From: Nitrospira sp.
GTDB taxonomy: Bacteria; Nitrospirota; Nitrospiria; Nitrospirales; Nitrospiraceae
Assembly (NCBI GenBank): GCA_047150005.1
Contig: AP038806.1
Coordinates: 2,688,001-2,752,000 of the forward strand
Direction: 5' to 3'
Length of the DNA: 64,000 bases
A program made the position numbers and the translations under genes. Positions 10,061 through 18,804 of this stretch are shown piece after piece. How positions within the stretch are numbered: position 1 is the stretch's first letter; each line of letters opens with the position of its first letter. The notes beneath the pieces are model-generated. The model was given only the letters and a program-made list of their open reading frames with translations, had not been told where the DNA came from and ran no database searches.

Positions 10061-10870
10061 CTAAACCCGCGATGGACCGAGATGCAGGGTCAGCCAATCG
10101 GCGATGGCGTTCGTCATGGTCAGAAAATCCTCGCCCTTGCTGAACTGATGATCCGCGCCCGGCAGCACATCGAGCCGCTTGGGTCCCCGGAGCGCCTCCA
10201 GCAATCGGCGGCTTTGATGGAGCGGAACCAACTCATCGCGGTCGCCTTGCACAATCAAGGTCGGAGCGGTGATGCGCGTTGCCGGTTCATAGGCCACTTG
10301 TCGGAGACTGTCCTCGTACAGGCCATAATTGAGCCGTATGCGGTTCGGACCTCCGTGAATGTCCGGAACCATGTTCGTGTCCTTCCAGCGGGCCAGCTCA
10401 TCTAGGCCAAATTCTAAGCGAAGCTCTTCGGCAAAATCCACTACCGGGCATTTGAGGCCCAAGCAGGCGATTATGGGACGGTCGGCGGCCGTGAGGACCC
10501 CGACCAACCCGCCGAAGCTTGATCCCACCAGGCCGATCGGACTCCGGCTGCGGGCGGCAACGAAATCCACGGCGGCTTTGGCTTGGCCGAGCGCCAGCGA
10601 CACGGTGATGTCCTCAAAGCGGCCTTCGCTCTCACCATGACCGAAGAAATCGAATCGAAAGGCTGCGAAGCCTCGTTCATTGAGCAGGCGGGTCAAGGTC
10701 TTATTAGTCGTGCTGTGCTTGTTGGAGAGAAACCCGTGACAAAGCACCACAGTTCCGCGGGCTTGCACGGGCGAGCTGAGGACGGCGGATACGCGATGCC
10801 CCAGTGCGTCCTGGATCGTGACCGGTTCTTCCGTTCCATGACTGGGCATAGCGGACTGGTCTTCGGTCAT
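10061..10870 (-). CDS. Alpha/beta hydrolase
   Basis: LCHGF, GSSFGG nucleophile elbow, QGDRDELVP, GADH. Confidence 0.88.
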   Translation of the reverse strand: MTEDQSAMPSHGTEEPVTIQDALGHRVSAVLSSPVQARGTVVLCHGFLSNKHSTTNKTLTRLLNERGFAAFRFDFFGHGESEGRFEDITVSLALGQAKAAVDFVAARSRSPIGLVGSSFGGLVGVLTAADRPIIACLGLKCPVVDFAEELRLEFGLDELARWKDTNMVPDIHGGPNRIRLNYGLYEDSLRQVAYEPATRITAPTLIVQGDRDELVPLHQSRRLLEALRGPKRLDVLPGADHQFSKGEDFLTMTNAIADWLTLHLGPSRV

Positions 10871-12159
10871 GCCGTGTCTTTGGCCGGCAGGTCACCGAAC
10901 ACCCAAGCAAGTTTGACCGAGAAGAGGGTGAGCGAAGTCAGGAACAGAATGAAAGTAAGCCAGACCGCCGTCTGCACGACGACCGAACCGAGCGGTGAGG
11001 TCCAGGTCAGGGTGGCTACCAGGCCAAGACCCATCGTTCCCATGCTCAAGCCGGCGACTTGCGCGATGCGCCATCGATTCACGATGCCGTTCAGCCTGTC
11101 GAGATAGGGCCCGCGTTTCTTGTTGCTGGCGATCCGCTGTACGGCGAGCGTCACCGGTATCAAATGGGAGAGCGCCCCGAAGATGGTCTGCATGACGAAG
11201 CCGACCAGCGCCGTATGGGTATAGGCCACAAGGTGCAAGGTGCCGAACGGCAGGAAGGGATGCTCGCCCAGATAATTGGCCGCCACCAGCAGACCCATGA
11301 ATACCGCCAAGACCAAGAAGCACGTCGCGGTCAACAGATGATCCGATGCGGCGCTGCCCGCATGGCTGGAGGTCCGCCAGGTGGCAAACAGGTTGAAGGC
11401 ATAAAGGCACACTCCCACGGCCAGGACGGCCCCGCCGATGAATTCGATGGATAGGGACGAGATGGTAAACCCACCGATCAGCAACGCGATGCCTGTCGGC
11501 AGCAGGATAAACACCAGTCTGGCAAGGCGCGGGTTGTGAAGGGGCTGTTGCAGAACCGTCGGAAGCAGGTTGTGCATGGTTCCGACGATCGTCACCGTGA
11601 CGAATCCGAGCAGGTTCAGATGCAGATGGACCAGCCTCGCCGCACCGATCCAGGTCGGCTGAATGAGCTGCGCCGCCATGCCGATGCCCAGCGCGAGCCC
11701 GCCCGCCAGCGCCGCCAGGGCCAGGGCGTAGTACCAGACATTCAGCGGCGGTCGGTTGACGCTGCGACGGGCTTGTCGCCACGTATCTCGGGCGACCCAG
11801 AGGAAGGCCGCGAACACCATGCTGCCTGCGGCGGCCACCACCTGATGATTGCGGAACCCGAATCCCAGGACCAGCGCGAGGGCGCCGACGTTCATAGCCG
11901 CGAAGAGCACGGGATGGGAATCCCGGCGGTCACGGCCGGTCATGAGCAGAGTGGACACAAAGGTCAGCATGGCTCCCATGATCATCTGCGCGACGCCGCC
12001 GACTAAGGCGCCGTGAACATGCACGAGTCTCAATCCCGGCGGCAGCGGGGTGCCGCGAACCGATCCGATGAGCAGGGCCAGACCCAGCAACGAGGCGAGC
12101 AAGAGCCAGGCAAATCCGGTCATGATGAAGGTCAGGGGGCGGCAGATGGGAAGCGGCAT
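10867..12159 (-). CDS. Polytopic membrane protein with three repeated His-containing helices
   Basis: About 12 hydrophobic segments; repeats HVHGALVG, HLHLNLLG, YTHTALVG. Confidence 0.75.
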   Translation of the reverse strand: MPLPICRPLTFIMTGFAWLLLASLLGLALLIGSVRGTPLPPGLRLVHVHGALVGGVAQMIMGAMLTFVSTLLMTGRDRRDSHPVLFAAMNVGALALVLGFGFRNHQVVAAAGSMVFAAFLWVARDTWRQARRSVNRPPLNVWYYALALAALAGGLALGIGMAAQLIQPTWIGAARLVHLHLNLLGFVTVTIVGTMHNLLPTVLQQPLHNPRLARLVFILLPTGIALLIGGFTISSLSIEFIGGAVLAVGVCLYAFNLFATWRTSSHAGSAASDHLLTATCFLVLAVFMGLLVAANYLGEHPFLPFGTLHLVAYTHTALVGFVMQTIFGALSHLIPVTLAVQRIASNKKRGPYLDRLNGIVNRWRIAQVAGLSMGTMGLGLVATLTWTSPLGSVVVQTAVWLTFILFLTSLTLFSVKLAWVFGDLPAKDTA

Positions 12160-12165
12160 CGATCG

Positions 12166-12966
12166 CTAATTATCCAGAAAATAGAAATGGTTGGTCGGGC
12201 CGTTGCCGTGGCCGATCGCCAAGCCGTGCCGGATCGCTTCGGTCAGATAGGTCTTGGCGGTGTGGATCGCGTCATTGAGGGCCTTGCCCCGGGCCAGTTG
12301 GGCGGTGATGGCGGAGGCGAAGGTGCAGCCGGTCCCGTGGGTGTGCGGGGTTTCGATGAACGGGCTGCGAAACACGTTGAAGAACCGTCCGTCATAGAGC
12401 AGATCGGTGCCTCGCTCGGCGAGCAGATGGCCGCCTTTGATCAGGACGTGCCGGCAGCCGAATCCGTGAATCACCTTGGCGGCCCGACGCGCGTCGGCCA
12501 GCGAGGTGATTTCGATGCCGGACAGCTGCTGCGCCTCATGGATGTTCGGCGTGACAAGCAGAGCGAGCGGGAACAGCCGCGTTTTCAGGGTTTCAATCGC
12601 CTCTGGCTTCAGCAGGGGATGGCCGGTTTTCGAGATCATCACCGGGTCCAACACCAGATTGGCGACGTTCTGCGGTTTCAGGAGTTGCGCCACGACCTCG
12701 ACCACGGCTGCCGAGGACAACATTCCGATCTTGACCCCCGCCACGTCGAAGTCGTCGAAGACGGCGTCGATCTGTGCGGCGACGATCGATGTGGGGAGTT
12801 CGAAGACTTCCGTCACTTCCTGAGTGTTCTGGGCGGTAATGGCTGTGATCACGGACATGGCAAAGACACCGTTGGCCGACATGGCCTTGATGTCTGCCTG
12901 GATACCGGCCCCTCCGCCGGAATCGGACCCGGCAATCGTCAGAACTTGCTTGAGTGTGGTGCTCAT
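12166..12966 (-). CDS. thiD: Hydroxymethylpyrimidine/phosphomethylpyrimidine kinase
   Basis: [43 protein letters not shown]. Confidence 0.93.
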   Translation of the reverse strand: MSTTLKQVLTIAGSDSGGGAGIQADIKAMSANGVFAMSVITAITAQNTQEVTEVFELPTSIVAAQIDAVFDDFDVAGVKIGMLSSAAVVEVVAQLLKPQNVANLVLDPVMISKTGHPLLKPEAIETLKTRLFPLALLVTPNIHEAQQLSGIEITSLADARRAAKVIHGFGCRHVLIKGGHLLAERGTDLLYDGRFFNVFRSPFIETPHTHGTGCTFASAITAQLARGKALNDAIHTAKTYLTEAIRHGLAIGHGNGPTNHFYFLDN

Positions 12967-13045
12967 TATGGAGAATTTCAGTTCAGGGAGCCGGATGCCT
13001 TTATAGCTCAGGGCATCGGGTCTGTCTAGCAATGGGCGCGGTCGG

Positions 13046-13528
13046 TCAGCGTACCAGCAGGCGACCGAGGCCTCGTCCGATGGCATAACCGACCGGCAGC
13101 AGTCCGGTCAGTCCGATGGGTAGAAAGATGTACACGAGGGCGCCTTGTGCGTCGGGAAACCACAGGGTGGCCATATGAACCCAGGCACTGAGTCCGATCG
13201 CTCCAAGGACGGCCGCCACCACACCCGCCATCCGCCGTTTGGCCAGCAAGAGAGACCGGGTCGAGGTCATTCCCATATGGAGCAGCAGAAAGAGGGCGAG
13301 AAAGACGAAGGGGATCGCATTCAGCAGCCCGACCAGGAATAGATTGTAGCCCGGCGCAAACAGGTGGAGCCGCCACTGGTGTAGCGCCTGTTCGACGGAC
13401 TGGTGATGTTTGAACAGGTCCACCAGGATCACGGCGATCCAGGGTATGGTCAGGCCCAGCCCGACGCAGGTCCAGTACAGGATCACGGTAGTCCGCTCGA
13501 GGCGAGAATGCGAGACTGTATGGCTCAC
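13046..13528 (-). CDS. Hypothetical membrane protein (4 TM)
   Basis: Four hydrophobic segments; start overlaps the stop of the upstream HEAT-repeat gene. Confidence 0.65.
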   Translation of the reverse strand: MSHTVSHSRLERTTVILYWTCVGLGLTIPWIAVILVDLFKHHQSVEQALHQWRLHLFAPGYNLFLVGLLNAIPFVFLALFLLLHMGMTSTRSLLLAKRRMAGVVAAVLGAIGLSAWVHMATLWFPDAQGALVYIFLPIGLTGLLPVGYAIGRGLGRLLVR

Positions 13529-14616
13529 GGTGTTCCTCCGCTCGTGAGTGGCACCGATTCGATCGACCGCAAGGCGTCCGCCACCGCGTCGCGGACGACA
13601 GGGTCGTGGTCGGCAAGTATCTGTCGCAGGGCAGGCAGAGCCTGAGCGGCGGCAGGGCCGATGGCGCCGAGCGCTTCGACGGCCAGATACCGGTGCAGGG
13701 GGAGGCGGTCGTTGAGGAAGGGGATGATCGCTGGCACCGCGTCCGCCGACGGCGGTCCCAGTCTGGCGAGCCGCTGCAACGCGTCCTCTCGGTCGTCCTT
13801 CCGCTGCAGTCGCGCCATGAGCATCTGGACGTCGGTGCGATGGACGCCGCCGCCGCGATCCAACGCGATTCGTGCCAGCGAGGCGACGGTCTTGTCCGAG
13901 TCTTTCTGCAGGCCGGCCAACGGGGCGAGCGCCGTGGTCGGGATCGGAACGGCAAAGGCGAACAGCGAGACGGCGCGATGTCGCACGCCGGGCGCCCGAT
14001 CAAAAAGGGCCGTCGTCAGTGCGGTCGACACCTCGGTCTGCGGGACGCCGATCGCGGCGAGTGCCTCGATCGCTCGTTCCCGCGCAAGATCGTCCTCGTC
14101 CGCCAGCATCTTGATCAGCGCCGGTACGACCGGCTTCGCGAGAAGTCCCAGACTGCCGAGCAGGGAGCAGGTGTGACGCCTGACGTCCGCATCCGAGGCG
14201 CTCAGACCCGGCAGGGAATCTTGCATCACGCGGCGAGCCGCCTGAAGATCCACAGACCGGAGCGCCGCTGTCGCCGAAATCCGCATATGCCAATTTGTAT
14301 GGTGGAGGGCCAGATCGACGAGCAGGGGCGCCGCCGGACGCGCATCCTCGCCCAATTCCGACAGCCGTTGGGCCGCCAGCATCTGAGCCTGCAGGTCCTG
14401 ACCCTGCAAATCCTCGATGAGTCCGGGCGCGGCCCGAGGGCCGGTGTGCAGCCAGAACGTCAGCCCCAACAAGCCGGCGCCGATGACCAAGGCGAAGACC
14501 TGCCTCGCGATTCGGCGCGGAGTGAGAATGGTAGGAGAAACGGCCTGATCCTTGTTCACACAACCTTCCGCACTTTCTCTATCCCCATCCGCTCTTGGCC
14601 GTGCCTGCGCCATCAC
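13525..14616 (-). CDS. HEAT-repeat protein with N-terminal membrane anchor
   Basis: Repeated units such as VPALIKMLADEDDLARERAIEALAAIG and LPALRQILADHDPVVRDAVADALRSI; one TM helix near the N-terminus. Start uncertain. Confidence 0.8.
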   Translation of the reverse strand: MMAQARPRADGDRESAEGCVNKDQAVSPTILTPRRIARQVFALVIGAGLLGLTFWLHTGPRAAPGLIEDLQGQDLQAQMLAAQRLSELGEDARPAAPLLVDLALHHTNWHMRISATAALRSVDLQAARRVMQDSLPGLSASDADVRRHTCSLLGSLGLLAKPVVPALIKMLADEDDLARERAIEALAAIGVPQTEVSTALTTALFDRAPGVRHRAVSLFAFAVPIPTTALAPLAGLQKDSDKTVASLARIALDRGGGVHRTDVQMLMARLQRKDDREDALQRLARLGPPSADAVPAIIPFLNDRLPLHRYLAVEALGAIGPAAAQALPALRQILADHDPVVRDAVADALRSIESVPLTSGGTP

Positions 14617-14770
14617 AATCGGCTGGGGGTAGGAGGGTGGCGCTGAGCCAGCCCATTGGTTTCTCGATTTCGCTCTTCAGGAATGGAAATACCCAGCACG
14701 CGACTTGTGCCGAGGCTCGGGCCACGCATTTCCCGATTTTCTTCTGTCTCTTCACTTCTTAATAAGGTGT

Positions 14771-14873
14771 TCGACGGGTGGCGTCGAGCGGGCGCCCAAG
14801 CACGCGCAGCGGGGGCCCCACACCGGGCGGGGGTGCGAGCATGCTTGGGCTGCTCGGCGACAGGACCCGTCGA
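14771..14873 (+). repeat. Structured palindromic element, copy A (homologous to 39940-40044)
   Basis: Nested inverted repeats TCGACGGGT/ACCCGTCGA, CGTCGAGC/GCTCGGCG and CCCAAGCA/TGCTTGGG; conserved blocks shared with copy B. Confidence 0.75.
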
Positions 14874-14874
14874 C

Positions 14875-15543
14875 TCACACCGGCCACTGCTCCTCAGTCC
14901 AGGCCATTTCCCAGAACATCCATTCGTAGCGCGAGCTGATCACGAAGGCCTCTTCCATCCTGCGCCGTTCTTGCTGTCCCGCGGTTTTCGCCCAGTGATC
15001 GACTTGGCGTCTCATCCACCGCTGCACGTCGGCGAATTCGGGGGATGCGTAGAGCAGGAGCCAATTCCGGTAGGGGTGGGTTTTGGGGGGCGGCCCCTGT
15101 CGCAGGAGATGCCGCCCCACGACGCAATAGATCCAGGCACAGGGCAGCGCCGCCACCGCAATCTCCGCCGCCGATCCCGAGGCGGCGACGGCGAGCATAT
15201 GGCGGGTATAGGCGTAATTCGTCGGAGCCATCGACACGGAGGCCATGGCGCGGGCGGTCATCTTCCAGCCGGTTCCGTAGCTCTCATGCAGGCTGCGTTC
15301 GACGGTGATGGTGTCTTCCGCGAGCTTGGCGAACCGAAGCCCCGATTCCGAGTCCGGCGCACGCAAGGCGCCGGCGGCGAACACGCGGGACAGATCGCCG
15401 AGGAAGCGCGCGTCCTGCAGGATGTAGTAGCGGAATTTGCGCTGAGGCAAGGTTCCGTTGCCCAGCGCCACGACGAAAGGATGGGAGAGTTGGGCGTCCC
15501 AAATCGGTTTGGCGAGCCTGCGGAGATGATCGCTGAACGACAT
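14875..15543 (-). CDS. tenA: Thiaminase II
   Basis: HPFV, YYILQDARFL, PTNYAYTRH, LPCAWIY, SSRYEWMFW. Confidence 0.92.
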   Translation of the reverse strand: MSFSDHLRRLAKPIWDAQLSHPFVVALGNGTLPQRKFRYYILQDARFLGDLSRVFAAGALRAPDSESGLRFAKLAEDTITVERSLHESYGTGWKMTARAMASVSMAPTNYAYTRHMLAVAASGSAAEIAVAALPCAWIYCVVGRHLLRQGPPPKTHPYRNWLLLYASPEFADVQRWMRRQVDHWAKTAGQQERRRMEEAFVISSRYEWMFWEMAWTEEQWPV

Positions 15544-15684
15544 CGAGTATCCTCTCTGGTAAGGTGTGGCTCACTGAGTCGAAGCGCGTATGGCCTATGG
15601 CGTATAGCACGTAATCGGATCAGAGCGACGTGCTTTCTTCGAATCGATCCGGTTTAGTGCCATAAGTCATACGTCGTTGGCCCT

Positions 15685-17088
15685 TTATCGAGGTACCCAC
15701 GGTCTCGGCAAACGATTGATGCCGTCGAGCGCGGCGACCTTGTAACATTCGGCGAGCGTCGGGTAGTTGAAGACCGTATCGATGAAGTAGTTGATCTGCC
15801 CCCGGTAGGCCATGACGGCCTGTCCGATGTGAATCAGCTCGGTGGATCCCTCTCCGATGGCATGGACGCCGAGAAGTTGGCGGGTCTGCCGGTGGAACAG
15901 CAGTTTGAGCAACCCGGTTTCGTCGCCGATGATTTGGCCCCTCGCGATTTCACGATACCGCGCGATCCCGATGCCGTACGGGATGTCCGCCTTCGTGAGA
16001 TCTTCCTCGTTGCGTCCCACCATGGAGATTTCCGGGATGGAATAAATCCCGTAGGGAAGCAGTTCCGTGTCGGTCCCGTCCGGAGCCCCGAAGGCATGGC
16101 AGGACGCGTGACGGCCCTGTTGCATCGACGTGGACGCCAGGGCGGGAAAACCGATCACGTCCCCGACCGCATAGACATGGGGAATCGTTGTTTGAAAGTG
16201 TTCATTGACGCTCAAGCGGCCGCGGCTGTCCGGGTTGAGCCCCACCGCACTGAGATTAAGACCCTGGGTCGCGCCCACGCGGCCGATCGCGTACATGAGC
16301 GTGGTGGCCGCGATCGGGCCGGCATGCCGGAGTTCGACGTGAATCAGACCGTCTTGCTGCTTGTGGATCGAGACGACTTCCTCGTTGTGGCAGAGCGTGA
16401 CACCGATTTCCTTCATCTGCCGTTGCAGCGCCTGGATGATTTCCGCGTCCACGAACTCCAGGAGTCTGGGACGTTTGTCGATCAGGGTAACCGGCACGCC
16501 TAGAGCCGCGAGCATCGAGGCGTACTCCGTTCCGATGACTCCTCCCCCCACGATGACGATGGACTTGGGGATGTGCTTGAGTGTCAACAGCTCGTCGGTG
16601 TCGATGATGGATTCGTGATCGAAGGGAACTTCGGCCGGCTTGGCCGGCTCCGATCCCACGGCGATGACGATGAAGTCGGCCTCGTGCTCGACCCACTCTC
16701 CGCCCGTCTGGGTGATGCGCAGCCGGTGGGAATCGACGAAGCTCGCGGTTCCGTAGATCATGTCCACGCGGTTGCGCGCCATCTGGTTCTCGACGATCTC
16801 GATCTCGTTCTTGACGACGTGATTGGTGCGAAAGGCAAGGTCTTCGATGGTGATGGTCGTCTTCAGCCGATAGTCGGCTCCGTACATGCTCCGCTGACGA
16901 AAGCCGGACAGGTAGAGGACCGCTTCGCGGAGGGATTTACTCGGAATGGTTCCGGTGTTGATGCAGACGCCGCCGACGACCTCCTTGCGTTCCACGATCC
17001 CGACTTTCTTACCGAGCTTGGCCGCCTGCACGGCGGCTTTTTGTCCCGCGGGGCCTGTGCCGATCACCAGGAGGTCGTAACGACTCAT
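15685..17088 (-). CDS. sthA: Soluble (Si-specific) NAD(P)+ transhydrogenase
   Basis: VIGTGPAG, GGVCINTGTIPSK, GGGVIGTEY, GFPALAS, FNYPTLAECYKVAA. Confidence 0.92.
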   Translation of the reverse strand: MSRYDLLVIGTGPAGQKAAVQAAKLGKKVGIVERKEVVGGVCINTGTIPSKSLREAVLYLSGFRQRSMYGADYRLKTTITIEDLAFRTNHVVKNEIEIVENQMARNRVDMIYGTASFVDSHRLRITQTGGEWVEHEADFIVIAVGSEPAKPAEVPFDHESIIDTDELLTLKHIPKSIVIVGGGVIGTEYASMLAALGVPVTLIDKRPRLLEFVDAEIIQALQRQMKEIGVTLCHNEEVVSIHKQQDGLIHVELRHAGPIAATTLMYAIGRVGATQGLNLSAVGLNPDSRGRLSVNEHFQTTIPHVYAVGDVIGFPALASTSMQQGRHASCHAFGAPDGTDTELLPYGIYSIPEISMVGRNEEDLTKADIPYGIGIARYREIARGQIIGDETGLLKLLFHRQTRQLLGVHAIGEGSTELIHIGQAVMAYRGQINYFIDTVFNYPTLAECYKVAALDGINRLPRPWVPR

Positions 17089-17144
17089 CGGATGCCTTGG
17101 TTCGTGTTCGGATGTAAGGTTGGTGTGGCCGGGGACCCCTGTGG

Positions 17145-17807
17145 TCAATTCGCCGTAATCAGCGACCGCGCCACGTTAAAAGATTCTTCCATGTCCGGCA
17201 GCTGGCCCAGTTCTGGGGTGACCTGGATATATCGGACTTTATTGTGCGAATCCACCACCATGACGGCTCGGGCCAGGATGTGGGGGTCCTTCAGGAACAG
17301 CCCGTAAGTCTTTCCGAAGTCGGCGCTCCTATAGTCCGACAGAAACGTGACGTTGGTGATCTTGGCTTCGGTCGCAAATCGCTTCTGGGCAAACGGCGTG
17401 TCGATGCTGACGGTGATCAGTTCGACCATCCGGTCCAGTCCCTTGTTCTGCTCACTGAGAATGTGTGTCTGCTGTTCGCAGACCTTGGTATCCAGTGACG
17501 GCACGACGCTGATGATGCGGACCTTGCCCTTGCCTTTGGTCTCCGCGATATTGACGAGCGAGAGATCGGTCTGGACCACCTTGACGTCACGCAACTGGTC
17601 GCCGATCTTGATCCCGGTGCCGGTCAAGACCACCGGGCTGCCTTTGTAGAGGACCGTGTGGCCCTCCCCCGCCTGTACCGTTCCGTCCGCGACGGGAAGG
17701 TTCTTGTACATGAAGACAGAGCCCGATCCGGACCGTGCACAGCCCGAAACGGCGAGCGCGACGATCATCAGCAGAAGCAGCCGTCGGCGAATAATCGTGA
17801 CGCTCAT
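17145..17807 (-). CDS. tpx: Thiol peroxidase (Tpx family) with lipoprotein signal
   Basis: VPSLDTKVCEQQT, SIDTPFAQKRF, LARAVMVVD; N-terminal RRR-hydrophobic-VSGC lipobox. Confidence 0.85.
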   Translation of the reverse strand: MSVTIIRRRLLLLMIVALAVSGCARSGSGSVFMYKNLPVADGTVQAGEGHTVLYKGSPVVLTGTGIKIGDQLRDVKVVQTDLSLVNIAETKGKGKVRIISVVPSLDTKVCEQQTHILSEQNKGLDRMVELITVSIDTPFAQKRFATEAKITNVTFLSDYRSADFGKTYGLFLKDPHILARAVMVVDSHNKVRYIQVTPELGQLPDMEESFNVARSLITAN

Positions 17808-17823
17808 ACGATCCTCCGTTCGA

Positions 17824-18723
17824 TTATGACTCCGTGGTCGGCGATGTGAGAAATTCCATTATAGCCTGATTCGCCTGTTCCGGCTGTTCCCATTGTGGAA
17901 TATGTCCGGCCCGAGGGATGATGACCAGTTTCGATCCCTTAATGGTCCGGTGCAAATCTTCGCCGACGGCAATGGGGAAGACCCGATCTTCCTGGCCCCA
18001 GAGAATCAGGGTCGGATGGGTTACGGTTCCGAGTCGCGGTGCGAAATCGGCTTCCCACACCGGCAGACTGTCCCGCAAGGCCATCAACGGCGGGATGATA
18101 CCCGACCGCCGGCGGTTCCGATTCGACCGTTCGAGCACGGCGGGTGTCAGGAGGGCCGGATCGTGGACGATTTCCTTCAAGACCGATTCGACCATCAGTC
18201 CGCCGAAGAGCCAATTGCCGAAGGAAACCATCCAGGACGGTGCCCGGGATTCCAGTGCCCGTTTGATCGTCGGACTCGTGAGTTTGTTCGTCACCTGGTT
18301 CGGTAGACCGTCGATGAGGATCAGTTTGTCGACGCGCTCCGGACGGGTCAAGGCCATACCGATGGCCAGTCCGGCCCCCATCGAATTGCCGACGAGGGTG
18401 GCGCGAGATAGATGCAAGGCGTCCATGAATCCCGCAAAGTAGTCGAGCAACTGTTCGGGCGTATAAGCGATATCCGGCTTATCGGAGAGCCCGGAGCCGA
18501 TCAGATCCGGGGTGATCAGGCGCACGTGCCGTCCCAGGACAGGCTGTTGATGTTCCCACTGCCACATGGATCCGCCGAAGCCGTGAATGAGGATCACCGG
18601 GGCGCCCTGTCCGATGTCCAGATAGGCGATCCTGTGTCCGTGGATCACGACGGTGTGGACGGGAATGCGTGCGAAGGCGTCGAACTGGGCCGGGATCGGA
18701 GTGGGCGATGAACAGGCGGTCAT
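17824..18723 (-). CDS. Alpha/beta hydrolase, probable lipoprotein (true start may lie upstream)
   Basis: LIHGFGG, GNSMGA, WGQEDR, AGHIPQWE. Confidence 0.85.
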   Translation of the reverse strand: MTACSSPTPIPAQFDAFARIPVHTVVIHGHRIAYLDIGQGAPVILIHGFGGSMWQWEHQQPVLGRHVRLITPDLIGSGLSDKPDIAYTPEQLLDYFAGFMDALHLSRATLVGNSMGAGLAIGMALTRPERVDKLILIDGLPNQVTNKLTSPTIKRALESRAPSWMVSFGNWLFGGLMVESVLKEIVHDPALLTPAVLERSNRNRRRSGIIPPLMALRDSLPVWEADFAPRLGTVTHPTLILWGQEDRVFPIAVGEDLHRTIKGSKLVIIPRAGHIPQWEQPEQANQAIMEFLTSPTTES

Positions 18724-18804
18724 CGGCAGCCAGAACAGCAGCGTGGTCAGAAGCCGAAGGAGGCCGACAGGGGCCGGGCTGGCGGTACCAAACGGCGAAA
18801 TGGT

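Noticed and set aside
15544..15684. Possible TPP riboswitch upstream of tenA
   Set aside because: No CUGAGA or other TPP aptamer core; only an imperfect hairpin (CGTATGGCCTATGGC/GCCATAAGTCATACG), more likely a terminator-like or repeat structure.
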